A stretch of 64,000 nucleotides of DNA from Methanobacteriota archaeon (GTDB lineage: Archaea; Thermoplasmatota; Thermoplasmata; SG8-5; JAGLSY01). The stretch spans positions 1 to 64,000 of the forward strand of contig JAEHCO010000003.1 of assembly GCA_020697715.1 (NCBI GenBank), written 5' to 3'. The position numbers and the translations under genes are program-made. This document shows positions 27,294 through 36,761 of the stretch, one piece after another. Numbering within the stretch: the stretch's first letter is position 1; the number at the start of each line of letters is the position of its first letter. Under the pieces are notes generated by a model, which was not told the origin of the DNA, ran no database searches, and worked only from the letters and a program-made list of their open reading frames with translations.

Positions 27294-28058
27294 ATGAACA
27301 CTGAAGAATACAGAGACCTCGTATCAAGGCTACGAAAGCCATCAGATATTAACAAGGTGGCAAGGGAGATAGAGGTCAATCGTGAATTACTTCTTATCCT
27401 CTACACTCATCGCATAGTCAGAGATGCCACGAGGCGGTATTACCGGATCAAGAACAAAGCCAAACAGCTTGAGTGGCAATGGAAGAAAGGTACTCCATTG
27501 CTTCAGTTGGCATACCGTGAGGATTTTCCACCCATACTTTTATCTCTTATTCTTATGAGGCATATGGGCTATGCTCGTAAGGACTATTGGAAGTTCGTCA
27601 ATGACCCTTCCAAGATAAAGAATGCCAGACTTAGGAATGAGATCAAGGATGTGGTTCAAAACGATATTCTGTATTCTCCTGCGGGCATGGAAGTTCAGAC
27701 CCTTAGGGGAATAAAGGGGGAAGACAGGCTGAACAAGTGGCTGGATGACAATGGCCTCACTTACAGGAATGAGGATGACCTAAAGGGAGAGTTCAAGAAG
27801 ACACCGGATGTCCTTCTGGATGAACCTATAATCATCGATGGTGAGGAGATCATCTGGATAGAGTCCAAGGCGAATTTCGGGGATAATGTGGAGATCAGGC
27901 GAAATATGAAGAAGCAGTTGATCCCATACACCGAGATATTCGGTAAAGGCATTGTCGTGTATTGGTTCGGCTTTGTATCCGATTATGAGCCTGTGGAAGG
28001 TGTACAGGTTGTGGATGACAAGTTCTTCACCAGGACGCTGGACTATTATACTGGCTGA
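27294..28058 (+). CDS. TPD-motif / C15orf41 (CDIN1)-like PD-(D/E)XK nuclease-family protein
   Basis: GIKGEDRL, KTPDVLL, WIESKANFGD, KQLIPY, GIVVYWFGF. Confidence 0.8.
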   Translation: MNTEEYRDLVSRLRKPSDINKVAREIEVNRELLLILYTHRIVRDATRRYYRIKNKAKQLEWQWKKGTPLLQLAYREDFPPILLSLILMRHMGYARKDYWKFVNDPSKIKNARLRNEIKDVVQNDILYSPAGMEVQTLRGIKGEDRLNKWLDDNGLTYRNEDDLKGEFKKTPDVLLDEPIIIDGEEIIWIESKANFGDNVEIRRNMKKQLIPYTEIFGKGIVVYWFGFVSDYEPVEGVQVVDDKFFTRTLDYYTG

Positions 28059-28195
28059 TATATTTCGATAATATTTACAGATCTTTCTCAATGCTATAAA
28101 ATGCTATAGATACTTCATTTATCATGTATCATGACCATTAGTATGATTTTTATATTGAGTGCAGTTTCTGGATTCTTGAATAAGGACTGATAATC

Positions 28196-29521
28196 ATGAC
28201 AGGTATTGACCTAAGTAAGAGAAAATTCTGCTCGGAGATCACGGAAGCCCAACCAGAGGGCGTTATAGCTGGCTGGGTGCAGGACACCCGTAATCTGGGT
28301 GGCATAGCATTCATACATGTTCGCGATAGGACAGGGATCACACAGGTAACTGCATTGAAGAAGAAGCTGGGTGATGAAGTATTTGCAGAGATCACCAGTA
28401 TTCTCAGAGAATCTGTTATAGCTGTGAAAGGTGAGATCAAGGCCAATGCCCAGGTCAAATCCGGATTTGAGATACTACCTGCTGAATTTGAAGTTCTTAA
28501 CAAGGCCAATGCACCACTTCCACTGGGTGTGGTGGACAAGGTCGATGCTGATCTGGATACAAGACTGAACAATCGCTTCCTGGACCTTAGAAAGGAAGAG
28601 ATATCCAGGATATTCAGGGTCAGGCGCATCGTGCTCAGGGAGATCAGAACCTTCCTCGATAATGCGGGCTTCGATGAAGTTAACACTCCGAAGATCGTCG
28701 CTGCTGGAGCGGAGGGCGGCTCAACTCTTTTCACACTTGATTATTTTGGTAAGCCAGCTTACCTTGCTCAATCATCACAATTGTATAAACAAACACTCAT
28801 GGCATCAGGGTTTGATAGGATATACGAGATCGCACCAGCTTTCAGGGCGGAGGAATCCGATACAGTGCGCCATATTGCGGAATTCATATCACTGGATGTG
28901 GAGATGTCCTTTGTCAATTCATCCGAGGATGTCATGAATGTTCTGGACTCCATGATATGCCATGTCCTGACAAAATTAGATGACGAAATGGGTGATGAGA
29001 TCAGAGAAGTGAACCCTGATTTCAAGGCTCCTAAAGGCGAGCTAAGAAAGGTCAGCTATGCCGAGGCTAAGAAAATGCTGGCAGAGGCAGGAAAGGATCT
29101 GCCAGGTGACTTGGACACTGAGGCTGAGAAAGTACTTGGCCAGGTGATGAAGGACAAGTTCGATGAGGATCTTTATTTCATAACAGATTTCCCAAGTGAA
29201 TTGAAGATAGGTACTTTCTATGCCAGGAGAGTGGACGACAATCCAGATCTTACAGGATATTTCGATATGGATTATAGAGGCCAGGAGATAGTTTCAGGTG
29301 GTATGAGGGAGCACAGATACGATATCCTAATAAAGCAGATGAAGGAAGCTGATCTGAACCCCGAAGATTTTGAGTTCTATCTGAAAACCTTCATGTACGG
29401 TATGCCACCACATGGTGGATTCGGCCTCGGAATTGGAAGACTGGTCCAGAAGATATTGGGATTACAAAATATCAGAGAATGTGTTCTATTTCCAAGAGAT
29501 ATGCATCGATTAGAACCGTAA
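28196..29521 (+). CDS. aspS: Aspartate--tRNA ligase (archaeal type)
   Basis: OB fold GWVQDTRNLGG, TRLNNRFLDLR, AEGG, LAQSSQLYKQ, FRAE, PPHGGFGLG, LFPRD. Confidence 0.96.
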   Translation: MTGIDLSKRKFCSEITEAQPEGVIAGWVQDTRNLGGIAFIHVRDRTGITQVTALKKKLGDEVFAEITSILRESVIAVKGEIKANAQVKSGFEILPAEFEVLNKANAPLPLGVVDKVDADLDTRLNNRFLDLRKEEISRIFRVRRIVLREIRTFLDNAGFDEVNTPKIVAAGAEGGSTLFTLDYFGKPAYLAQSSQLYKQTLMASGFDRIYEIAPAFRAEESDTVRHIAEFISLDVEMSFVNSSEDVMNVLDSMICHVLTKLDDEMGDEIREVNPDFKAPKGELRKVSYAEAKKMLAEAGKDLPGDLDTEAEKVLGQVMKDKFDEDLYFITDFPSELKIGTFYARRVDDNPDLTGYFDMDYRGQEIVSGGMREHRYDILIKQMKEADLNPEDFEFYLKTFMYGMPPHGGFGLGIGRLVQKILGLQNIRECVLFPRDMHRLEP

Positions 29522-29549
29522 AGATGATGCTTAAGGTTCTCGGTATTTT

Positions 29550-29882
29550 CTAATTGTCCAGATCATTTCTTATGCTACTTCCTGAACTCTGGCTCAGAAT
29601 ATATCCAAAGATTATCATGCCCAGGCAGATAAAAGAAACTACGAGAAATCTATTTGTGCTCCAAAAGTTGAATATAGCCCATGATTCTGAAGCCAGAACA
29701 AGAGCTGAAATCATGGTCAACATGAAATATGACACAAAGCCGATGGTCCCAAGTATGATCATCGTTTGGCCTATCCGAGGGACATCCAGAAAGCCGGGCT
29801 CGGCGTCCATCTCATCTTCAATTCTCTTTAACTCGGCTTCTACCTCTATGTCTGAGCTTATGAGACTATCTTCCTCTGCCAT
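29550..29882 (-). CDS. Small 2-TM hypothetical protein
   Basis: Acidic N-terminus and two hydrophobic helices; fills the gap between aspS and the Hjc-like gene. Confidence 0.6.
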   Translation of the reverse strand: MAEEDSLISSDIEVEAELKRIEDEMDAEPGFLDVPRIGQTMIILGTIGFVSYFMLTMISALVLASESWAIFNFWSTNRFLVVSFICLGMIIFGYILSQSSGSSIRNDLDN

Positions 29883-30001
29883 GTTTTGTTATATGTTACC
29901 GAGCACTTATAAGTTTTTGGTTCATTATTTTACATCCATAATATGCCAAAAAACCTTTTTCCGTGATAAAGCTTTTACCATATGTTCGATTACACTGGCT
30001 T

Positions 30002-30523
30002 ATGTCCGCAAGTGTGTTCGAGAGAGAGCTAAAAGGAATACTCAACGGTGATGAGAAGATGGTGAACAAGGTCAGTAAGACCAGCCCGCCAGAAGTTCAT
30101 TCATCCTACCTGAAAATTCTGGAAAAGCCCTTCATCGTCATACGGGCGGCAGGCTCTTTTGGTGTGGACCTGGTAGCCATTCGAGGTGATTTTTCTTTTC
30201 CCATCGAGGTCAAGGCCAGCTCCTACAAGACCATCCGTTTTTCCGAATCAAGTGGGCGAGCCAGCAAGCAGGCGGAAGAGCTCATTGGCGAATGCAAACG
30301 CGCCAATGTTTTCCCGGTCTACGCTTTCAGGCTTAAGGGTGTCAGAGGTAATGATGCATGGGTTGTCTTCACGGTCGATATGCCGGATCATGAGATAACT
30401 GGTATCGCGAAGACCGTCTATGATATCCTGCCCAGAGTACATATCACGAAGCAAGGTAATATCGCGCTGAAGTTCGAAGAAGGTATGCCGCTACACAAGT
30501 TCATAGATTATCTGTGCAGTTAG
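30002..30523 (+). CDS. hjc: Archaeal Holliday junction resolvase Hjc-family nuclease
   Basis: FERELK, VIRAAGS, VDLVA, IEVK (PD-(D/E)XK). Confidence 0.8.
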   Translation: MSASVFERELKGILNGDEKMVNKVSKTSPPEVHSSYLKILEKPFIVIRAAGSFGVDLVAIRGDFSFPIEVKASSYKTIRFSESSGRASKQAEELIGECKRANVFPVYAFRLKGVRGNDAWVVFTVDMPDHEITGIAKTVYDILPRVHITKQGNIALKFEEGMPLHKFIDYLCS

Positions 30524-30617
30524 ATACCCAGAGTAAATAAACTGGTCACTAATTTCCAGTTCTATTATATACTCATTTGTCAATTATCTTGTATATCATA
30601 ATAGAACAAGGTGAATA

Positions 30618-32147
30618 ATGACAGAAGAAGAATTGACCAATGCTCCAACCCCTGACCCTTCCGAGGTTAATGAGAAGAAACCAAAGGGAATGAAGACCTT
30701 TGGTCTTGTGTGGGTGGGCCAGCTTGTCTCTGTTCTTGGTTCTGCCATGACCCAGTTCGCTCTTATGATATGGGCTTGGGAATTGACTGGAGAGGCCACA
30801 GCTCTCGCTCTTATCGGTTTCTTCACCTTCGCGCCATTGATGATCATGCTTCCGATCGCTGGCTCCCTTGTGGATCGCTGGAATAGAAAACGCGCTATGA
30901 TGGTCAGTGACCTAGCTGCCGGGATGGGCACTGTCGTTATCTTCATACTTCTCAATATGGATGTTCTGGAGATCTGGCACCTTTACGCTATCGGGGTCTT
31001 TGTCGGAACCTTTGGGGCATTCCAATGGCCGGCCTATTCATCGGCCATATCCATGATGGTGGAGAAGAAGGATTATGCCAGAGCCAGTGGTTTGGTTGGT
31101 ATGGTTGGTTCTGTAGCGGGAATATTCGGACCACCATTAGCGGCCATGTTCCTTGTCATGATAGGCATCGAGGGTATCCTGATGATAGATATGCTCACCT
31201 TCACCTTTGCCATTAGTATTCTACTTCTTGTTCGCATACCACAACCTCCTCCGGCGGATGACCTTCAAAAGGGGATCAAGGGAGTGTTCAAAGATGCTGG
31301 CTATGGTTTCAAGTACATCTATGCCCGAAAGCCATTGTTCGGTCTGCAGATGACCTTTTTTACCTTCAATTTAATATCCACTTTTGGAATGGTGGTCTTC
31401 GCTCCGATGATACTTGCCAGGACAGGGTCTGACGAGGTCATTCTTGCCTCTGTGCAGGCTGTATTGAGTGTGGGCGGTGTCATCGGTGGCATAATGTTGG
31501 CAGTTTGGGGCGGGCCTAAGAAGAAAATAAATGGACTTCTTGGAGGTATGATAGTTGCTGGCATTGGTTTCTCCATTGGATTTGGCATAGGCCAGTCACC
31601 ATTGTTCTGGATGGCTGCTGGTTTCCTCACCATGCTCCTCATGCCGACCTTGAATGGTTCCAGCCAAGCTATTTGGCAATCCAAAGTTCCGGCTAATAAA
31701 CAAGGGCGGGTATTTGCCGCACGTGGTGTGATAGCTCAAGGTGCATCGGCCTTTTCCATGATCCTGGTTGGCCCATTGGCAGATAAGATATTCGAACCTG
31801 CCTTCATGCCTGACGGCTCAATGGCGGAGCAATTTGGCTGGCTGGTCGGTACTGGCCCTGGGGCTGGAATGGGTTTCATGATCCTGGTAAGTGGTCTGAT
31901 ATCCACGATGGTCGCGATAATCGCCTATGGTGTAAGGACCATCAGGGAGGTGGAAACCCTGGTGCCAGATGCGGATCATGGTGAGGAAGTTGATGGCATA
32001 GAAGCTGCTGATATGGAAGTTAATAGTATAGAATCTGAAAGTGATGATAATGACGAAGCTGAGGATGATGATCTGTCAGGTAATGCTGAAGCAAAGCCAG
32101 CCGTTGATATTGAGGCCGAGCCAAATGAAGAAGATAAAGAAGCATAG
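30618..32147 (+). CDS. MFS transporter (DHA3/MefA-like) with acidic tail
   Basis: GQLVSVLG, GSLVDRWNRK, FQWPA, QGRVFA; about 12 TM. Confidence 0.9.
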   Translation: MTEEELTNAPTPDPSEVNEKKPKGMKTFGLVWVGQLVSVLGSAMTQFALMIWAWELTGEATALALIGFFTFAPLMIMLPIAGSLVDRWNRKRAMMVSDLAAGMGTVVIFILLNMDVLEIWHLYAIGVFVGTFGAFQWPAYSSAISMMVEKKDYARASGLVGMVGSVAGIFGPPLAAMFLVMIGIEGILMIDMLTFTFAISILLLVRIPQPPPADDLQKGIKGVFKDAGYGFKYIYARKPLFGLQMTFFTFNLISTFGMVVFAPMILARTGSDEVILASVQAVLSVGGVIGGIMLAVWGGPKKKINGLLGGMIVAGIGFSIGFGIGQSPLFWMAAGFLTMLLMPTLNGSSQAIWQSKVPANKQGRVFAARGVIAQGASAFSMILVGPLADKIFEPAFMPDGSMAEQFGWLVGTGPGAGMGFMILVSGLISTMVAIIAYGVRTIREVETLVPDADHGEEVDGIEAADMEVNSIESESDDNDEAEDDDLSGNAEAKPAVDIEAEPNEEDKEA

Positions 32148-32185
32148 CTGAAGCTATCTCATTAAACGAACTGGTTGGATCACTA

Positions 32186-32581
32186 TCACTCAACTTCTTC
32201 TTTTTTGTGATGTTCCAGGCTTTTGATCTTGTCAACCGCATGATGCTCGGCAGCAATGATCTTCTCTTCCGCTGTGTGCGCCATATGCTTTATGTCCTGT
32301 GCCATCTTTTTTGTCTTTGGCACTCTCTCAGGGGTGGCGGCGGTCCTTACGAACTTTGGAAAATACTTTAAGATGACTATGTCACCGACATGCTGGATCC
32401 ATCTATATGGTACACTCACAGCCCTCGAATGCTCTACGAGCAAGGGGTTTGGGTTGCTAATGTAAAGTCCCTCTATTTTCTGGGAATCCGTTTCGATAAT
32501 GAGGTCATCTATATTTCCAAGGGTAATTCCTTTGTTCGTATAGACCTCCATTCCGATATAATCACTAATCTCAGTCAGCAT
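32186..32581 (-). CDS. PRC-barrel domain protein
   Basis: ISDYIGMEVYTNKG..LG.IDDLII, VPYRWIQHVGDIVIL. Confidence 0.85.
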   Translation of the reverse strand: MLTEISDYIGMEVYTNKGITLGNIDDLIIETDSQKIEGLYISNPNPLLVEHSRAVSVPYRWIQHVGDIVILKYFPKFVRTAATPERVPKTKKMAQDIKHMAHTAEEKIIAAEHHAVDKIKSLEHHKKEEVE

Positions 32582-32732
32582 ATTATCACCATCTACCTGA
32601 ACCCATATGAGAATTAAGTAAATAAAGGTTTCAGATATCTTCATATTGATTTCTGTGTGAACTATAGGTGAAATTCATTGATGAGTGGGTGATTAGTGGA
32701 ATATGAATATTTAGATATAATCTTCATTTAGA

Positions 32733-32969
32733 TCATATTCGCTCGGCTATGATCTCATCTGCTCTTCTTAGCATATTTGGATACAGATCTGATGGAGCAT
32801 TCTCTAGTCCAAGTTCCTTTATCACCAGGTATCTGGCACATTCTACATAATTGCCATTGCAGTATTTCTTCTTGTACATGACCGCTATACCTGGTCTTTC
32901 CGCTAGCTCATCAATGAAAAAGGGGCATTTATCTGTGATCTCACACTCATTTTCTTCACGATAGGACAT
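32733..32969 (-). CDS. Small Cys-rich conserved hypothetical protein
   Basis: CEITDKCPFF...YCNG...CARY...PSDLYP; SD-like GAGG upstream. Confidence 0.7.
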   Translation of the reverse strand: MSYREENECEITDKCPFFIDELAERPGIAVMYKKKYCNGNYVECARYLVIKELGLENAPSDLYPNMLRRADEIIAERI

Positions 32970-33090
32970 CTTCTTCCTCTATCATACACAATTGTTAACA
33001 CCATTAATATAATTTGCTGATAAAAAGCCACATAGGCCTTTGCCAAAAACAATCATTTTAATACCATTATTCTATGCCCTCTTTGATACT

Positions 33091-34380
33091 ATGCCGGCAA
33101 AAGTAATACTCGGAACTCAGTGGGGAGATGAAGGCAAGGGAAAGATCACGGACCTTACAGCTGATGAGGCCGAGATGGTTGTACGTTTTCAGGGGGGGAA
33201 TAATGCTGGCCACACCATAGTTATTGATGGTAAGACCTTCAAATTGCACCTTGTCCCATCCGGAATTCTCAGAAAAGATACGACCTCCGTTGTGGGCAAT
33301 GGTGTTGTGCTTGACCCTGCGGCTTTTCTCAAGGAACTGGACCAGCTAAAAGAGGGCAATGTGGAGATGGGCCAGCTTAAGATATCTGATAGATTACATA
33401 TCATCATGCCATATCATCGCACAATAGATGGTCTGGAAGAGGCGGCCAAAGGAAACTTAGCTGCCGGAACCACCAAGCGTGGCATCGGTCCCTGTTATTC
33501 GGATAAGACCGCTCGTTTCGGTCTGCGAATGTGCGATCTGATGGATCCCGAAGCTTTCATGCATAAACTGAAAGCCGCTTACCCGCTCAAGGCTGGCTAC
33601 ATCAAAGCACTAGGCGGAGATATCGAGCAGACCATGGATGAGATATTTGAGGAATACATGGCTCTCGCAGACAGGTTGAGACCATATGTCTGTGACGTAT
33701 CTGTTCTGATAAACGATGCGCTGGATCAGGGCAAGAATGTGCTCTTTGAAGGAGCACAGGGAACTCACCTGGATATCGACCATGGTGTTTACCCATATGG
33801 AACATCCTCATCCACTGTCACAGGAGGATGTCTTATCGGAACTGGCATCGGCCCAAAGAGACTTGACAAAGTAATTGGAATTGTCAAGGCATACACCAGC
33901 CGTGTAGGTACTGGCCCCTTCCCAACCGAGCTTTTCGATAGTGTCGGGGAGCATATCGCTGACAAAGGCGGTGAGTTCGGAACCACAACTGGTCGAAGAA
34001 GACGCGTTGGATGGCTTGACCTCGTTATGGTGGAATACGCAGTTCGTGTGAATGGACTGGATAGTCTCGTGATAACCAAATCAGATGTACTGGCTGGCAT
34101 GGATGAAATTAAAATAGCAACACATTACACGCTGGACGGTAAGGACATCCACCATTTTCCCGCCAGCATGGCGCAGGTGGCGAAGTGCGTGCCTCAATAC
34201 CACACGATGGCTGGTTGGCCTGACCTGAAAAAGGAAGAGTGGGATGCCATCGCGAGCAAAGGACGCGATGGGTTACCAGCTGGACTGGCCGCTTACATCA
34301 CTTTCATAGAAGCCAATCTGAAAGTTCCTGTTGAAATTGTCTCATATGGACCTGGCAGAGAGGAAAATATCTACCTGTGA
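33091..34380 (+). CDS. purA: Adenylosuccinate synthetase
   Basis: QWGDEGKGK, GGNNAGHT, GTTKRGIGP, FEGAQG, EFGTTTGRRRR. Confidence 0.97.
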   Translation: MPAKVILGTQWGDEGKGKITDLTADEAEMVVRFQGGNNAGHTIVIDGKTFKLHLVPSGILRKDTTSVVGNGVVLDPAAFLKELDQLKEGNVEMGQLKISDRLHIIMPYHRTIDGLEEAAKGNLAAGTTKRGIGPCYSDKTARFGLRMCDLMDPEAFMHKLKAAYPLKAGYIKALGGDIEQTMDEIFEEYMALADRLRPYVCDVSVLINDALDQGKNVLFEGAQGTHLDIDHGVYPYGTSSSTVTGGCLIGTGIGPKRLDKVIGIVKAYTSRVGTGPFPTELFDSVGEHIADKGGEFGTTTGRRRRVGWLDLVMVEYAVRVNGLDSLVITKSDVLAGMDEIKIATHYTLDGKDIHHFPASMAQVAKCVPQYHTMAGWPDLKKEEWDAIASKGRDGLPAGLAAYITFIEANLKVPVEIVSYGPGREENIYL

Positions 34381-34443
34381 AGAATGAAATGAGCTTAGAG
34401 ATAAGCTTCTTGATGAGTTTCAGATATCGTATAGATGTATCTC

Positions 34444-35016
34444 TCAGTCATCCAGCACATAGGTCTGAACAACGGCTCCAAGTATGAATATCCCAATTCC
34501 AGCCAGTATTGCCAATGTTGGGTTTGATTTGATAGCTATATCTCCTGCCTCACCATTTCCAAGGCCAGTATCTTCCATCAGGATGACGAAGACAGCGACC
34601 GCGGAGAGAATACCACCAATTAGGGCTGTTATGATGCCAATGAGATCGTCCATGTAATAATATGATAAGGCAAAGACAATGACAAATATAATTATTGCCG
34701 GGATCGCCCAGCCAGCTCCTCCGATGAAATAGACGAGTCCGCCTGCTAACACTCCCGCGATCAGAGCAAGAGCTCCTTCTACAAGATAGTGGAAAAGAGT
34801 GCTTCCTATGAAACCACAGATGAATCCAATGACGATGGCGATGAGCCAGCCATCCTGGCCAAAGATCAACATCGCTATGCCGAAACCTATGAACCAGCCG
34901 ATGAAACCACCGATCATCGACATCATGGACTCCCACATGGATCTTCCGAAGAAGGCCAGTAGTATCCCTATGCCCAGTAATATCAATCCAAGTATCAGTA
35001 TAATTCCTTCAGCCAC
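34444..35016 (-). CDS. Multi-pass Gly-rich membrane protein (DUF4203-like)
   Basis: About 7 hydrophobic segments; LLAFFG motif. Confidence 0.7.
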   Translation of the reverse strand: MAEGIILILGLILLGIGILLAFFGRSMWESMMSMIGGFIGWFIGFGIAMLIFGQDGWLIAIVIGFICGFIGSTLFHYLVEGALALIAGVLAGGLVYFIGGAGWAIPAIIIFVIVFALSYYYMDDLIGIITALIGGILSAVAVFVILMEDTGLGNGEAGDIAIKSNPTLAILAGIGIFILGAVVQTYVLDD

Positions 35017-35103
35017 ATTTTCACCCCATTGTCAACATTGATTAACATTGTATTGTCATGGTGGCATATAAAATTAGGGGATGGGTAATGGGTACGTGGA
35101 TAT

Positions 35104-35736
35104 TTATTTCGAGCCCTTCACACTGACCTCGCCAGTGTTTTTATCCACCACGACAAGGCCGGCGGCGAACCACTGGACCACCATTGGCAAAAGGATATGT
35201 TCTTTTGCCAGTACGCGGGATTGCAAAGTCTCAGGTGTGTCGTCCTCAAGAACTGGTATCGCGAGTTGGCCTATGACCGGGCCGCCATCCACTTCCTCAT
35301 TCACGAAGTGAACCGAGCACCCGGATTCCTTTTTCCCTGCCTCCAAAACCGCTCTGTGGACATTGAGCCCGTGGAAACCCGGTCCCCCGAAATCCGGTAA
35401 AAGCGATGGATGGATATTGATGATCTTCCATTCATATCTATTTACAAAATAAGGTGTGAACATCCTGATATAGCCAGCCAGGACTATCAGATCGATATGA
35501 TGCTTGTCGATCTCGGCCGCGACAAGTTTTTCATGTTCCTCCCTGGACATGCCACGATGGTTGACCAGTATGGATTCCGCACCGTGTTTTTTCCCGCGCT
35601 CCAGGGCATATGCTCCGGGATTATTGGCAATTACGAGAGTGACCTTGCCATCGATGTCGCCACTTTCGCAGGCGTCCAGTATGGCCTGGAGGTCGGTCCC
35701 ACCGCCTGAAGCGAGTACGCAGATATTGAAACTCAT
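35104..35736 (-). CDS. purN: Phosphoribosylglycinamide formyltransferase
   Basis: VLASGGGTDLQA, VLAGY, INIHPSLLP, SGCSVHFV, VDGGP. Confidence 0.95.
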   Translation of the reverse strand: MSFNICVLASGGGTDLQAILDACESGDIDGKVTLVIANNPGAYALERGKKHGAESILVNHRGMSREEHEKLVAAEIDKHHIDLIVLAGYIRMFTPYFVNRYEWKIINIHPSLLPDFGGPGFHGLNVHRAVLEAGKKESGCSVHFVNEEVDGGPVIGQLAIPVLEDDTPETLQSRVLAKEHILLPMVVQWFAAGLVVVDKNTGEVSVKGSK

Positions 35737-35887
35737 CAGGCCACCATAATGCGAGTTCGTTTAAATCTATTTTGTAATATTTGGTGATATTTGACGATAA
35801 TTAGCGGATTTCTATATGTCTTCGATAAAAAAGGTTTATATCCTATCGTGTATTTAGGCTCCAAGCTCTAAAAGGGGAGGCCAAATT

Positions 35888-36625
35888 ATGTTCAAGGCAA
35901 AGGTAAAACCCGAAGTATTGAAAGAAGTGATCGAGATCATAGCCACATTGGTGGACGAAGCGAAGTTCTCTGTAGGAAAGACTGGATTGGTTATCAAAGC
36001 TGTCGATCCTGCCCATGTCGCCATGGTGGAATTGAATATCAGCAAAGGCGGTTTTGAAGAATACAAGGCAGATGACAATGAGCTTGGCGTGGACATAGAC
36101 AAGGTCAAAGAGGTTCTAAGATTGGCCAAACCTGGTGATGACATCACCATGGAGCATAATGAAGAGAAGAGCCAGCTTGTTTTCAAAGTGGGCAATATCA
36201 CAAGAAGGATGAGCCTGGTAGATACCACTGGAATTTCAGACCCGAAGGTTCCCAATCTCACATTGCCAGTTATCGTCAGTGTCAGAACCGAGGAATTAAG
36301 GCAGGGTATCAGAGCTTCGGAAAGTGTCAGTGATCATATCGCTCTCACAGCAACCCCAGATGGCTTCGAAATGGCTTCAGAAGGAGATACAGATTCTGTA
36401 GACCTCAAGCTTCCAAAAGATCTATTGGAGAGCCTGGAGTGTAAGGAAGAAGTACGCAGTCTTTTCCCATTGGATTATTTCTCGAACATGATCAAGGCCA
36501 TCAACACTGGCACCGCGGTCACCATGAGAATGGGCAATGATTATCCGGTCAAGATCGAATTCTCGATAGCAAGTGGAAAAGGAGAAGTAACCTATCTTCT
36601 GGCTCCAAGAATAGAATCTGATTAG
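35888..36625 (+). CDS. pcn: DNA polymerase sliding clamp PCNA
   Basis: AVDPAHVAMV, NDYPVKI, YLLAPRIE; SD GGGGAGG. Confidence 0.97.
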   Translation: MFKAKVKPEVLKEVIEIIATLVDEAKFSVGKTGLVIKAVDPAHVAMVELNISKGGFEEYKADDNELGVDIDKVKEVLRLAKPGDDITMEHNEEKSQLVFKVGNITRRMSLVDTTGISDPKVPNLTLPVIVSVRTEELRQGIRASESVSDHIALTATPDGFEMASEGDTDSVDLKLPKDLLESLECKEEVRSLFPLDYFSNMIKAINTGTAVTMRMGNDYPVKIEFSIASGKGEVTYLLAPRIESD

Positions 36626-36761
36626 ATCGATCAAGCCACCTGCAAATCATTTACATTTACTTACAGCTTGAGCTTGGTCCATAGATAATTCATATTCAAT
36701 ATTGATATCACCATCAATACCTTTTATTACCATCAAACATTACCCGACGCGAGGCCGTATC

